Shown here: piece after piece, positions 17,658 through 26,795 of the stretch
Layout of the letters: each line of letters opens with the position of its first letter
Numbering within the stretch: position 1 is the first letter of the stretch
NCBI GenBank assembly: GCA_964531475.1
Contig: CAZHCS010000004.1
Location: 1-56,345, forward strand
Origin: an uncultured Candidatus Saccharibacteria bacterium
Lineage (GTDB): Bacteria > Patescibacteriota > Minisyncoccia > Phycocordibacterales > CSBR16-119
Reading direction: 5' to 3'
DNA length: 56,345 bases
Notes under the pieces: model-generated
Database searches by the model: none
What the model saw: only the letters and a program-made list of their open reading frames with translations
Told to the model about the DNA's origin: nothing
Position numbers and translations under genes: made by a program

Positions 17658-20600
17658 ATGAGCAACATTATGAGAAACGCTTTCCACAACGCATTATCAA
17701 AAGTATTCACAGTACTCTTTATTTTTCTGTTCGCCACGAGTCCGGTACTCGCCCAGACCAACTGGACGCCGCCGACCGGTCCCGCGACAGGGAATAACGT
17801 TCCACCGCCACTTAACGTAGGCGGAGGTGACAACACGGGCGTAGCTGGCGATCAATCCTACGCTCAGCACAAAGAGGGAGACCTCTATTTGGAAAGCGAT
17901 CTCATATTGGACGGAACAACCGACCCAAACAGCGTTTTCAGCAGCTGGATTACGTCGTTCTTTGGCAAAGATGTTCTTATCGGTAGTCCTCTCGCTGGTG
18001 GAGGTAACCAGGGACCATTTCCACTGCTTTTCTTGAACGGAACGTTCCGTTATGCGCCGAAAGCGGTTGGTACAGGATCTATAGCTCCGCTTACACCCGA
18101 AGAACTTGCTGACGGCGGCTACGAAAACGTCCTAATCGGTGACGCCCAAGGCAATGTCCGCTGGACTGACGCTGCCAATGTCGGCGGCGCTGGTGGGGGA
18201 GGAATAACTGTAGAAGTTGACCCACGTCTGCCATTTGGAACAGTGGCCAACCAAGTACTTGTATGGAACGGAGCAGCTTGGGTGCCAGGAACTATGTCTG
18301 GCGGCGCTACACTTCCAGACGGAACAAACCAAAACGATATTTTGGTCTGGGACACTAACACACAGACATGGATCGTTGCGCCGTACCCAAGTGGCGGCGG
18401 AATGCTCCCGGCTGGAACGCAGGGTCAGACTATGTGGTACAACGGCACAGGATGGCAGGCGACTAATAGGATAAGTTACACCCAGGATTTGTTCCCGCCA
18501 AACTCTCACTTGCTACACATTGGAGATTTAAACACTGCGGGCGATGTCGTTGTTGAAGACGCCAATGTTTCTGTCCGCGGTAACAACGTTGGTATCAACA
18601 CCGGTACTAACTATCAGGAGGCTTTGACGACGATTGATGGTTCTGGACTCGTTGTCGATACGGACAACACGGCTATCAATTCCGCCAACACAATCATCGG
18701 CAACAGCGCTCTTAATCCGCTCTCGGGACGCTTCTTGTACTCGACGGATGACATGGGCAAGGTGTCGTGGAATAAAACACTAAAATATGAAAGGGTGCCG
18801 TTCTTTGGCAATACATATTTTGACAGTGTTCAGATAATGAATGATCCTGATGATACTAACGATCCAAATTATCTCGGGGTAGCGTTTAGTAACGAAGGTC
18901 CTACGTCGCTCCACGGAAATACTTGGATCGACGGAGAAACAAAAATCTTTAACAATCTTTACGTAACAGATGCGGGCGATCTTTATTTGGAAGGTCTAGA
19001 ATATCCAGCTGATCCTTCTATACTTGAACACTTGTGTGTAGATCCTGATACCGGCAAAGTATCTTTCTGCGAACCATCGGATCCAGCATTGTTGTCAAAG
19101 GAGAGCATGTTTACATGTACTCCAGATGGTTGTGACTTGCCAGGGGTAAGTCTGCCTTACACTTTCCAGTTTGATGATGTAGTAGACATAACTTATTGCG
19201 GCGCCGGGGGCGGAGGTGGAGGCGGCGGACGAGGTGCTGATTTGCATACAGACCAAATACCTGGATATAGCGACGCCCCTATAAATGGTGGAACAGGTTC
19301 TGGTGGAGGCGGAGGCGGAGGCGGAGGCGCCGGTCAGTGTCATACGTTTGAAAATGTCGCAGTTACGGCAGGTACTACTTTGTCTGCTGTGATTGGTAGT
19401 GGTGGTGAGGGAGGCGCAGACAGCTTCTTTAAGCGAAGATATGAAACAAATAGCAACTTGCCACCTGGTATGCCTAATAATGACTCGACATACTTCTTGG
19501 AGCCAGCTGCTACGTTCGGAGAAGAGTTTGCTGATGAAGGAGGTTTTGGTGGTGACACAGAGATAACTCTATCTTCTGGTGGTCAATACCCTCAAGCCAC
19601 AGGCGGTGCACCGGGATTTGCTGGTACTAATGGATCCGCTGGAGCAGTTAATCAGCCAGGGGAAGGTGGCGATGGAGGTAATCTGCTTTTGCCATCTACT
19701 TGGCATGCTGGTTCAAGTGGTGTTACAGGAACAAATCCTCTTGGCGGTAATGGTGGCGACGGAGAGTCTCCTGCTGCGGGTACTGCTTCATCAGTAACAG
19801 GTAGCGCTGGTGGCGCAGGTGGTAACAGTGATACCGCTTCGGGCATAGCGCGTTCTGGTGCTGACGGAAAACTTTCTTATGGAGGAGGAGGAGGTTCTGG
19901 CGGTTACGGTGACTATCAAGAGCAATATGGTTGCGGTGCTGGTGCCTGGATAAGTGTCAACGACAGTATTTATGAGGTTTTGACTCAGGGAATAGCCCAA
20001 CAACTTCTTCAGATTCTCGGTAATGGATTCTTCAATATTCAAGGTGAGCCTGACGAAGATCTTTACGACTCAGTTTGCCGAATCTTGAGAGGCGGTAACG
20101 GTGGTGCTGGCGGAGACGGTTATGTAAGGGTTGAAAAGGTTAACATGCTTCAAGAGGTCCCAACAGAACTTGTATACGCTACGCCTGGAACTTATACATT
20201 TGATTGGACATATGTACCGTCTGACGTCACAACGGTAACGATTAAGGTTTGGGGTGGTGGCGGTGGCGGCGGACGAGCACACTATAACAATAGTCCAGGC
20301 AACGCTTTTGCGGGTGGTGGAGGTGCAGGCGGTTACGTTGAGCACACACTCGCAAATCCAGGTACTGGCTCAGCTACTATCGTAGTCGGAGCGGGTGGTA
20401 ATGCCGGAGCCCAGAATGCTGCAAATGCTGGTGGTAATGGAGGACAGTCTAAATTTGGAAGCTCATTAGTTGCTAACGGTGGCTTGGGCGGCGCCGGTGA
20501 CTTGCCGGGCGGCTCGACGGGTACGGGTGGTGCTGGCGGTACTGCAAGTGGTGGCAGCGTCTCGAACGAGAACGGACCTGCTGGTTCGGCCGGATCAAAC

Positions 20601-20741
20601 GGCGCTGGCGGCGCCGGTGGTAATCAGGCGACAGCTCCTATGAATGTTGCTGACGGTGGTACGGGCGGTATGTACCAACAGCTAGGAGCCGACACTATAC
20701 CAACGGCCGGTAAGTCTGGTCGTGTCGAGATCACCTGGTAA
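17658..20741 (+). CDS. giant (1027 aa) secreted glycine-rich protein
   Basis: AAAGGAG lies 12 nt upstream of the ATG. Signal peptide present. Two modules of the type ITYCGAGGGGGGGGRG / VTIKVWGGGGGGGRAH..AGGGGAGGYVE, and a long poly-Gly/Ala/Ser-rich tail. Confidence 0.75.
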   Translation: MSNIMRNAFHNALSKVFTVLFIFLFATSPVLAQTNWTPPTGPATGNNVPPPLNVGGGDNTGVAGDQSYAQHKEGDLYLESDLILDGTTDPNSVFSSWITSFFGKDVLIGSPLAGGGNQGPFPLLFLNGTFRYAPKAVGTGSIAPLTPEELADGGYENVLIGDAQGNVRWTDAANVGGAGGGGITVEVDPRLPFGTVANQVLVWNGAAWVPGTMSGGATLPDGTNQNDILVWDTNTQTWIVAPYPSGGGMLPAGTQGQTMWYNGTGWQATNRISYTQDLFPPNSHLLHIGDLNTAGDVVVEDANVSVRGNNVGINTGTNYQEALTTIDGSGLVVDTDNTAINSANTIIGNSALNPLSGRFLYSTDDMGKVSWNKTLKYERVPFFGNTYFDSVQIMNDPDDTNDPNYLGVAFSNEGPTSLHGNTWIDGETKIFNNLYVTDAGDLYLEGLEYPADPSILEHLCVDPDTGKVSFCEPSDPALLSKESMFTCTPDGCDLPGVSLPYTFQFDDVVDITYCGAGGGGGGGGRGADLHTDQIPGYSDAPINGGTGSGGGGGGGGGAGQCHTFENVAVTAGTTLSAVIGSGGEGGADSFFKRRYETNSNLPPGMPNNDSTYFLEPAATFGEEFADEGGFGGDTEITLSSGGQYPQATGGAPGFAGTNGSAGAVNQPGEGGDGGNLLLPSTWHAGSSGVTGTNPLGGNGGDGESPAAGTASSVTGSAGGAGGNSDTASGIARSGADGKLSYGGGGGSGGYGDYQEQYGCGAGAWISVNDSIYEVLTQGIAQQLLQILGNGFFNIQGEPDEDLYDSVCRILRGGNGGAGGDGYVRVEKVNMLQEVPTELVYATPGTYTFDWTYVPSDVTTVTIKVWGGGGGGGRAHYNNSPGNAFAGGGGAGGYVEHTLANPGTGSATIVVGAGGNAGAQNAANAGGNGGQSKFGSSLVANGGLGGAGDLPGGSTGTGGAGGTASGGSVSNENGPAGSAGSNGAGGAGGNQATAPMNVADGGTGGMYQQLGADTIPTAGKSGRVEITW

Positions 20742-20764
20742 TACTCTCGAAATCTAACATCAAA

Positions 20765-20782
20765 GGCCCGCTTCGGCGGGTC
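20765..20782 (+). terminator. hairpin terminator after the giant gene
   Basis: GGCCCGC-TTCG-GCGGGTC then TTT. Confidence 0.5.
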
Positions 20783-20787
20783 TTTGG

Positions 20788-20793
20788 TATAAT
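20788..20793 (+). promoter_or_regulatory. extended -10 (TGGTATAAT) 7 nt before the tpiA ATG (leaderless geometry)
   Basis: tttgGTATAATaagctctATG. Confidence 0.55.
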
Positions 20794-20800
20794 AAGCTCT

Positions 20801-21583
20801 ATGAAACAAACACGCACATACTTACTCGTTGCTAATTGGAAAGCCAATCCTCACACTGTTCGTGAAGCTAAGCAGATTTTTACTGCAGCCGCGCGCGCGG
20901 CGTCCCGCGCGCGCGGCGTCGAACTTGTCGTTGCGCCGTCATATGCGCATCTTTCAGTTCTCCGTGCTGCATCGCGCACCGCTGTACTCGCGGCTCAAGA
21001 TATTTCTCTCGTAGCTGATGGCCCTCACACGGGAATAGTTGGCTTTGAACAGTTACTTGATTTGAAGACGCGTTACGTCATTATCGGCCATTCAGAGCGT
21101 CGCGCCGCTGGCGAGACAAATGAATTGGTTGGTGAAAAATGCGCGCTTGCTGTTTCTCTTGGCATTCGTCCTATTATTTGTATCGGTGAACACACGCGTG
21201 AAGCTGGAAGTACAGAATATTTGACCACCATCAAGAGCCAGTTGGTTGCGGCATTCCACGGGGTGTCAAAATCAAAAGTCCGCGATATCGTCGTTGCGTA
21301 TGAGCCTGTGTGGGCTATTGGCCGCGATGCGGTGCGCGATGCTCGACCCGAGGAAATAAAAGAAGTCGCTATATTTGTACGCCGTGTAATTGGTGATTTG
21401 TACGAGACTAAAAGCGTCCCTCCTATAACAATAATCTATGGCGGCTCTGTCGATGCAAAAAATGCCGCATATATTTTGGAAGAGTCCGGCGTCGACGGGT
21501 TCTTGGTTGGCCGCGCGAGTCTCGAACCAAAAACATTTTCTGCCATAATCGCTGCTTCTCATGAAATCGCTCGCCGAAGTTAA
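20801..21583 (+). CDS. tpiA: triose-phosphate isomerase
   Basis: VANWKAN, IIGHSERR, AYEPVWAIG, IIYGGSV. Confidence 0.95.
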   Translation: MKQTRTYLLVANWKANPHTVREAKQIFTAAARAASRARGVELVVAPSYAHLSVLRAASRTAVLAAQDISLVADGPHTGIVGFEQLLDLKTRYVIIGHSERRAAGETNELVGEKCALAVSLGIRPIICIGEHTREAGSTEYLTTIKSQLVAAFHGVSKSKVRDIVVAYEPVWAIGRDAVRDARPEEIKEVAIFVRRVIGDLYETKSVPPITIIYGGSVDAKNAAYILEESGVDGFLVGRASLEPKTFSAIIAASHEIARRS

Positions 21584-22715
21584 AAATCTGAAAGGTCGCA
21601 CGGCGCTAGTGCGTGTCGACTGGAATGTACCAGTTGGCAAAGACGGCAATATTGGTCCAGACGAAGCCTTTCGTATTCGTGCCAGTCTGGAAACTATCTC
21701 TTATTTGCGCGAAAACGGTGCCAAAACTATTCTCGTGAGCCATATAGGTAGGGCACAGGATTCTATGCGGAGCGTTGCGGATTACGCTGCGACACTGGTT
21801 CCTCTTACATTCGTTCCGACAATTGAAATAACAGACGTGGCCGGTATTGTTGCGGGCATGTCAGGCGGAGATGTGATTCTTTTAGAAAATTTGCGGCGCA
21901 ATCCTGGTGAAGAATCAAATGACATAAAATTTGCGAGAAGCTTGGCAAGTCTCGCCGACCTTTATGTCAATGAAGCTTTTTCAGTCTCGCACCGTCAACA
22001 TGCTTCCATAGTCGGGCTACCACTTTATTTGCAGTCATATGCCGGTATGCGTTTTGTAAAAGAATGTACTGAACTAAACAAAGTTTTGCAAAAACCCGAG
22101 CATCCGTTTGTCATGATAATAGGCGGAGCCAAATTTGAAACAAAGATGCCTTTGATAAATAAATTTGCTCCACAGGTCGACGAGCTTTTGATTGCCGGCG
22201 CGTTGGCTAATAATTTCTTTAAAGCTGTTGGGATGCCTGTTGGAAAGTCACTCCTTGATCCAAATACTGACGTGAAGCCGTTGTTTAACAAACATAACAT
22301 CAAAGTTCCTTTTGACGTTATGACAGAAAACGGCCCGCGCGATCTTTCTTCGGTTGGTGCCGACGAGTCGATCGTTGATATAGGCGAGGGGACTCTTGCT
22401 GAATGGAAACATATTGTCAGTTCCGCAAAAACAGTAGTTTGGAACGGGCCACTTGGTGTATATGAAAATGGTTTTGATGCCTCGAGCATTGAACTTTTGA
22501 AAGCTATAGCTGATTCAGGTGCATTCTCTGTCATAGGTGGCGGGGACACGACGGCGCTAGTACATAAGGCTGGGTTGATAGATAAGCTATCGTTTGTTTC
22601 AACCGGTGGGGGAGCCATGCTCGAGTTTTTGGAAAAGGGTACATTGCCAGGCATTATGGCCCTTTCCGGAGACGAAACATTTTCCACAAACGCTTCAGCG
22701 GATTCAGGGATATAA
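21561..22715 (+). CDS. pgk: phosphoglycerate kinase
   Basis: ALVRVDWNVPV, LLENLRRNPGEE, IIGGAKFETK, IGGGDT. Overlaps tpiA by 23 nt. Confidence 0.95.
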   Translation: MKSLAEVKNLKGRTALVRVDWNVPVGKDGNIGPDEAFRIRASLETISYLRENGAKTILVSHIGRAQDSMRSVADYAATLVPLTFVPTIEITDVAGIVAGMSGGDVILLENLRRNPGEESNDIKFARSLASLADLYVNEAFSVSHRQHASIVGLPLYLQSYAGMRFVKECTELNKVLQKPEHPFVMIIGGAKFETKMPLINKFAPQVDELLIAGALANNFFKAVGMPVGKSLLDPNTDVKPLFNKHNIKVPFDVMTENGPRDLSSVGADESIVDIGEGTLAEWKHIVSSAKTVVWNGPLGVYENGFDASSIELLKAIADSGAFSVIGGGDTTALVHKAGLIDKLSFVSTGGGAMLEFLEKGTLPGIMALSGDETFSTNASADSGI

Positions 22716-22742
22716 TGAGAGAGTTATTAGTATCCAATTTTT

Positions 22743-23486
22743 ATGAAAACAGATAAGAAGACAAAATATCTCATAGCGGCGCTCATCGGGCTTTTGTTTG
22801 TCGTAACGATTGTCCACTCGATGGCGATTCTCGAGATGTCAAAGAGGCCACAAGGCGATGCTCAGGTCTTGCGGGCGCTCGACTCAAAATCGGCTTCAAG
22901 ACTACCATGTCTTTCGGTAACTCCAGATATGGAAGAATATCGTGTTGTCACGACCAATCAGCAGCCGCTTCCGAATAACCCTACACGATCGTTCATCATG
23001 GGCTTTCAGGTAAAAAATAACTGCACGAGTGATATCAAGATCGCCAACTCAGACCATGTGATCGGTGCCAAGGCATCTGTCATTGAGAGGGATAATTTTG
23101 GTTCACCGGTTGTCGTTGACCCCTTGAGCAACACAATTGGTCTTGAGGTAGGCTTCAAGGGAGTCTTTTGTCCAGATTGTGATGGCGGTATGGGTACATA
23201 TTATTATGCTGCTGAAAATGGCGGATATAATAATATGGGTACTCCTTCTGTCCGCGCGTATACTATTCCGGCAGGCGAGACGAAGTTTGTCTCGATACAG
23301 ACTGATATCAAGATGCCTCCGCTTGCGAATGAATATGTCCGCGTTACTCCGTCTACATTCTCGTGGTTTTTCGCCTCTGCCTTGTCTGACAATTACGTTT
23401 CTGCAGGTGAGATGCGTACCTATGCATTTGCTCAGGCTGACTCCTCTGCGTGGGCTATGCCGTACACGAGAGCATATTTCTACTAA
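22743..23486 (+). CDS. membrane-anchored hypothetical protein
   Basis: N-terminal TM segment YLIAALIGLLFVVTIV. 247 aa with no motif recognised. Confidence 0.5.
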   Translation: MKTDKKTKYLIAALIGLLFVVTIVHSMAILEMSKRPQGDAQVLRALDSKSASRLPCLSVTPDMEEYRVVTTNQQPLPNNPTRSFIMGFQVKNNCTSDIKIANSDHVIGAKASVIERDNFGSPVVVDPLSNTIGLEVGFKGVFCPDCDGGMGTYYYAAENGGYNNMGTPSVRAYTIPAGETKFVSIQTDIKMPPLANEYVRVTPSTFSWFFASALSDNYVSAGEMRTYAFAQADSSAWAMPYTRAYFY

Positions 23487-23503
23487 GGGTTGGATGAAAA
23501 GGA

Positions 23504-23534
23504 AAAGCGCGGGTCCCGGAGGGACCCGCGCTTT
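23504..23534. terminator. bidirectional terminator between convergent genes
   Basis: AAAGCGCGGGTCCC-GGA-GGGACCCGCGCTTT: 14-bp perfect stem. Confidence 0.8.
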
Positions 23535-23550
23535 CTGTTTCTCCTTACTA

Positions 23551-24228
23551 CTACTCACGCACAATGATGCGCTTCGTGTTGTGCCCATGATCATCGCGTA
23601 CGATCAAGCAGTATGAGCCAGCTGCAAGCGCACTTGTGTCGAATGTGTGCCGCTTGTTCGCTGCTGCTACCGAAGTTACCAATGCTCCGCCAATGTCGTA
23701 AAGCGTTGCCGTCGTTACGTCGTTGCTTGTGACTGTGACGTAGTCATGGCATGGATTGGGCCAGATCTCGAGTTGTATCGACTGCATGTTGGCGACGAAA
23801 GTCGCTGGCAGTACGGTGGTACACTCGGGAACGGTCGGGTCCGGCAGGCCCGTTAGAAACATTGTTCTGATGTCGGACTTGAAGAGGGTGTCGCCATCCA
23901 CGTAACGTCGAAGCTGCAGATTGAGATAGTAGTCAGTGGGATTCTGCGGCGTGTAGACGAACGAAACCGTGTCGATACCATCGACGGTAAGTGTCCGAAG
24001 GTTTGTACAGACGGTTCCGTTGCCGCCGAGTGTTGTCGTGCAGGCGAGTAAGTCCCACGTGTAGCCATCGAGGTGCGCCTCGTATGTTACTCGGTTTGTA
24101 TATGGGCCTATCGGGATGATGGGCATTGTGACACTGTCACAGGTAGATGGGATGAGCGCGATGCTCGGGCCTTGGCCCTGGGCTGCCATTGTAAGCAGGA
24201 TAGTAAGAAGGATGTGAAAGGTCTTCAT
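23551..24228 (-). CDS. secreted protein with C-terminal T9SS type A sorting (Por_Secre_tail-like) domain
   Basis: Signal peptide MKTFHILLTILLTMAAQG. C-terminus LEIWPNPCHDYVTVTS..ATLYDIGGALV..FDTSALAAGSYCLIVRDD..KRIIVRE matches the xPNPxxDxVTI / lyDxxG / LxxGxY pattern. Confidence 0.6.
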   Translation of the reverse strand: MKTFHILLTILLTMAAQGQGPSIALIPSTCDSVTMPIIPIGPYTNRVTYEAHLDGYTWDLLACTTTLGGNGTVCTNLRTLTVDGIDTVSFVYTPQNPTDYYLNLQLRRYVDGDTLFKSDIRTMFLTGLPDPTVPECTTVLPATFVANMQSIQLEIWPNPCHDYVTVTSNDVTTATLYDIGGALVTSVAAANKRHTFDTSALAAGSYCLIVRDDHGHNTKRIIVRE

Positions 24229-24322
24229 GGTTGGTCGCTTTTTCTAAACCCTACCATGAAACTAAGATTTAGTCAAATTGGGCTACGCAAAATGTGTTTT
24301 TTGCTCCGCTGGAAGGGGGAGA

Positions 24323-24709
24323 TTAGAGATTAGCCTTTATTTTTTCAGCGTATTCTGACATTTCTTCGGGGCTAGTGTATGATTTGCGACCTTCGGCGTG
24401 ACTGCCGTGCATGCGCGGTATGAGATGTATATGAAAATGGGGAACCTCGTCACCGACGACACCTACTTGGACGAAGTCACAGGAAAGACCTGATTTTATT
24501 GCTAGCATAATTTTCTTGGCGGTCACGAAAATGTCGGCTACAAGCTCATCCGACGCTTCGTGCATCCAGACAATTGGCTCTTTGGGAATAAGGAGCGTGT
24601 GGCCGTGGTAAACCGGCGCAATGTCGAGGAAAGCTAGAAATCTCTCGTCCTCATACACTTTGGTTGCCGGTATTTCTCCATCGATTATCTTCTCGAATAT
24701 CGTTTTCAT
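24323..24709 (-). CDS. HIT family (histidine triad) hydrolase
   Basis: IFEKIIDGEIPA, HGHTLLIPK, VPHFHIHLIP. ATG at 24709 is preferred over the listed upstream start. Confidence 0.9.
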   Translation of the reverse strand: MKTIFEKIIDGEIPATKVYEDERFLAFLDIAPVYHGHTLLIPKEPIVWMHEASDELVADIFVTAKKIMLAIKSGLSCDFVQVGVVGDEVPHFHIHLIPRMHGSHAEGRKSYTSPEEMSEYAEKIKANL

Positions 24710-24715
24710 AAGCCA

Positions 24716-24735
24716 ATAATACCACATGCTATAAT
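24716..24735. promoter_or_regulatory. back-to-back divergent -10 boxes, each 6 nt from its start codon (HIT gene and recJ)
   Basis: Minus strand has TGGTATTAT (24716-24721 hexamer), 6 nt, then ATG at 24709. Plus strand has TGCTATAAT (24730-24735), 6 nt, then ATG at 24742. Confidence 0.55.
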
Positions 24736-24741
24736 CGGCCA

Positions 24742-26445
24742 ATGTCTTCCAAGGAAATTCCAGCCGCTATCGAACAGGAGCTTTTGGCGTATTCGCCGCT
24801 CACGCGAAGGCTTTTGGTTAATCGTGGAATTGAAAGCTCCGCAGCCGCCGAAGCGTTCTTGAATCCTTCGTACGACGAACATGTCTTTGACCCGTTTCTT
24901 ATGAAGAATATGGAGGCGCTCGTCGACCGGGTCTATGCGGCGGTCAAGGCGGGGGAGAAGATTTGCATCTACGCCGACTATGATTGCGATGGTATTCCTG
25001 GCGCTGTCATTTGGCACGACTTGTTTAAAAAGATTGGTTTTGAAAATTTCCAAGTATATATTCCAGATAGACACAAAGAAGGTTACGGCTTGAACACCTC
25101 GGCGCTCGATGAGATTGCAGCGGGAGGCGCAAAACTCGTCATTACTATAGATCTTGGTATTACCGCTGTCGACGATGTCGAGTACGGTAAAAGTCTAGGA
25201 CTAGAAATAATAGTGACTGACCACCATTTACCGCAGGAAAAAATTCCAGACACTTTGGTCGTCAACCCGAAACAGTTGGGCGACGAATATCCTGACAATA
25301 TGCTATGTGGCGCAGGTGTTGCGTTCAAGTGTGTACAGGGTTTTTTGAAAAAGTACGGATTGGAGTTTGCGGTTCCCGGGGGTTTTGAGAAATGGCTGCT
25401 TGATATGGCAGGGCTTGCAACATTGGCTGATCTAGTGCCGCTCGTCAACGAAAACAGGGCACTCGCGCATTATGGCATGAAAGTCTTGCGCAAGACGCGA
25501 CGGCCTGGACTTCTAGCTCTTCTTCGCAAGGCCGGGATCGACAGTCGCGTTCTCCAAGAAGATGACATAACATTTTCTATCTGTCCAAAGCTAAATGCCG
25601 CGAGCCGCATGGATACGCCGATGCGTGCGTTCGAGCTTCTCTCGGCTAGTGATGCAACCGCTGGTGCACATGCGGATCATCTCATTAGTCTCAATGACGA
25701 ACGCAAACTCTTGGTCGCAAGTATCATGAAGAGCGTCAAAAAAACGTTGTCACACGAGGAACGTGTAGGGAAGCCGGTCATTGTCATCGGCGATCCGTCG
25801 TGGCGAGCAGGAATCCTAGGTCTTGTCGCTGGCAAGGTCGTTGAGGAATTTAAAAAGCCGGCATTTGTTTGGGGCAAAGAAGGTTCGGAACATATCAAAG
25901 GTTCGTGCCGTTCTGATGGAACAGTAAATCTAGTCGAACTTATGCAGCTTTTACCAAGCGGAGCCGTGACTGAATTTGGAGGTCATGCCGGCGCGGGCGG
26001 TTTTTCGGCAGCCGGCGAAGAGATTCATTTTCTCGAAGAACGTCTCGTAGAGGCATTCGAAAAAGTCATAAAGACGGAGAGTGCGGGCGCAGAAAGAATT
26101 TACGAAACCATCTTGTCGCTCGATGATGTAAATAGTAGGACATTTAATGAAATTGACAGGCTTGCTCCGTTTGGTGCCGGCAATCCTAAACCTGTTTTTC
26201 TCTTTCAAAATATTACCGTTGCCGATGCGCGCAGGTTTGGCAAAGCTAAAGATCATTTAGAAATTCGCTTCGTCGACTCGCGCGGACGTAGCGTCAAGGC
26301 TATTCAGTTTTTTAAAACTCCGGACGACTATGCCGCGCTCGCGGCCGGTAGGCCGATAGACCTTTATGCGTTTATTGAGAAGTCAGTGTTTGGCCGCCGG
26401 GAAGAGATACGCTTGAGGATAGTTGATATTGCTCCGGTGGTATAA
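24742..26445 (+). CDS. recJ: single-stranded-DNA-specific exonuclease RecJ
   Basis: IYADYDCDGI, VTDHHLP and a DHHA1-like C-region GHAGAGGF. Confidence 0.9.
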   Translation: MSSKEIPAAIEQELLAYSPLTRRLLVNRGIESSAAAEAFLNPSYDEHVFDPFLMKNMEALVDRVYAAVKAGEKICIYADYDCDGIPGAVIWHDLFKKIGFENFQVYIPDRHKEGYGLNTSALDEIAAGGAKLVITIDLGITAVDDVEYGKSLGLEIIVTDHHLPQEKIPDTLVVNPKQLGDEYPDNMLCGAGVAFKCVQGFLKKYGLEFAVPGGFEKWLLDMAGLATLADLVPLVNENRALAHYGMKVLRKTRRPGLLALLRKAGIDSRVLQEDDITFSICPKLNAASRMDTPMRAFELLSASDATAGAHADHLISLNDERKLLVASIMKSVKKTLSHEERVGKPVIVIGDPSWRAGILGLVAGKVVEEFKKPAFVWGKEGSEHIKGSCRSDGTVNLVELMQLLPSGAVTEFGGHAGAGGFSAAGEEIHFLEERLVEAFEKVIKTESAGAERIYETILSLDDVNSRTFNEIDRLAPFGAGNPKPVFLFQNITVADARRFGKAKDHLEIRFVDSRGRSVKAIQFFKTPDDYAALAAGRPIDLYAFIEKSVFGRREEIRLRIVDIAPVV

Positions 26446-26462
26446 TTTACGAAAATCAAAAA

Positions 26463-26783
26463 ATGAGAGCGGTTCTTTTTATTGCGGTGTGTTGTTTGGC
26501 GATCACGTCGGAGGCCCAGACAATATTTGGCTATAATCCGACAGATGATACGCTTTTGGTTTCTTTTCCGACAGAGATCGAAGGCCAGGCTTTCGGAGTT
26601 TCCAAGGGAGAGCCAGTAAGGATCTGGTGCTCGCGAGCCGGTTGGGACGTCATCGTGTTTCTCCCAGAAGAACATCGTACTATGGCGTTCCATTACGATT
26701 TCAGCAATAACGCAACCCTGCTTTCCGAGGCCGAAAAGATGGCAGTCTTGGCCAAGTTCCTTTGGCACGAGAAAAGCCCCTGA
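26463..26783 (+). CDS. small secreted hypothetical protein
   Basis: Signal-like MRAVLFIAVCCLAITSEA. The stop lies in the loop of the terminator hairpin. Confidence 0.45.
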   Translation: MRAVLFIAVCCLAITSEAQTIFGYNPTDDTLLVSFPTEIEGQAFGVSKGEPVRIWCSRAGWDVIVFLPEEHRTMAFHYDFSNNATLLSEAEKMAVLAKFLWHEKSP

Positions 26784-26794
26784 CGGGGCTTTTC
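26771..26794. terminator. bidirectional terminator (small ORF / rplT)
   Basis: GAAAAGCCCC-TGAC-GGGGCTTTTC. Confidence 0.8.
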
Positions 26795-26795
26795 A

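Noticed and set aside
17658-20741. Repetitive GGNGGNGGN stretches, checked as a possible CRISPR array or a DGR variable/template repeat pair.
   Set aside because: The repeats are in-frame coding glycine runs inside one long ORF. There is no regular repeat-spacer periodicity. No reverse transcriptase or cas genes occur anywhere in the window.
21561-21583. The 23-nt tpiA/pgk overlap, considered as a possible fusion or programmed frameshift.
   Set aside because: Both proteins are full length with their own start and stop in different frames. This is ordinary overlapping translational coupling.
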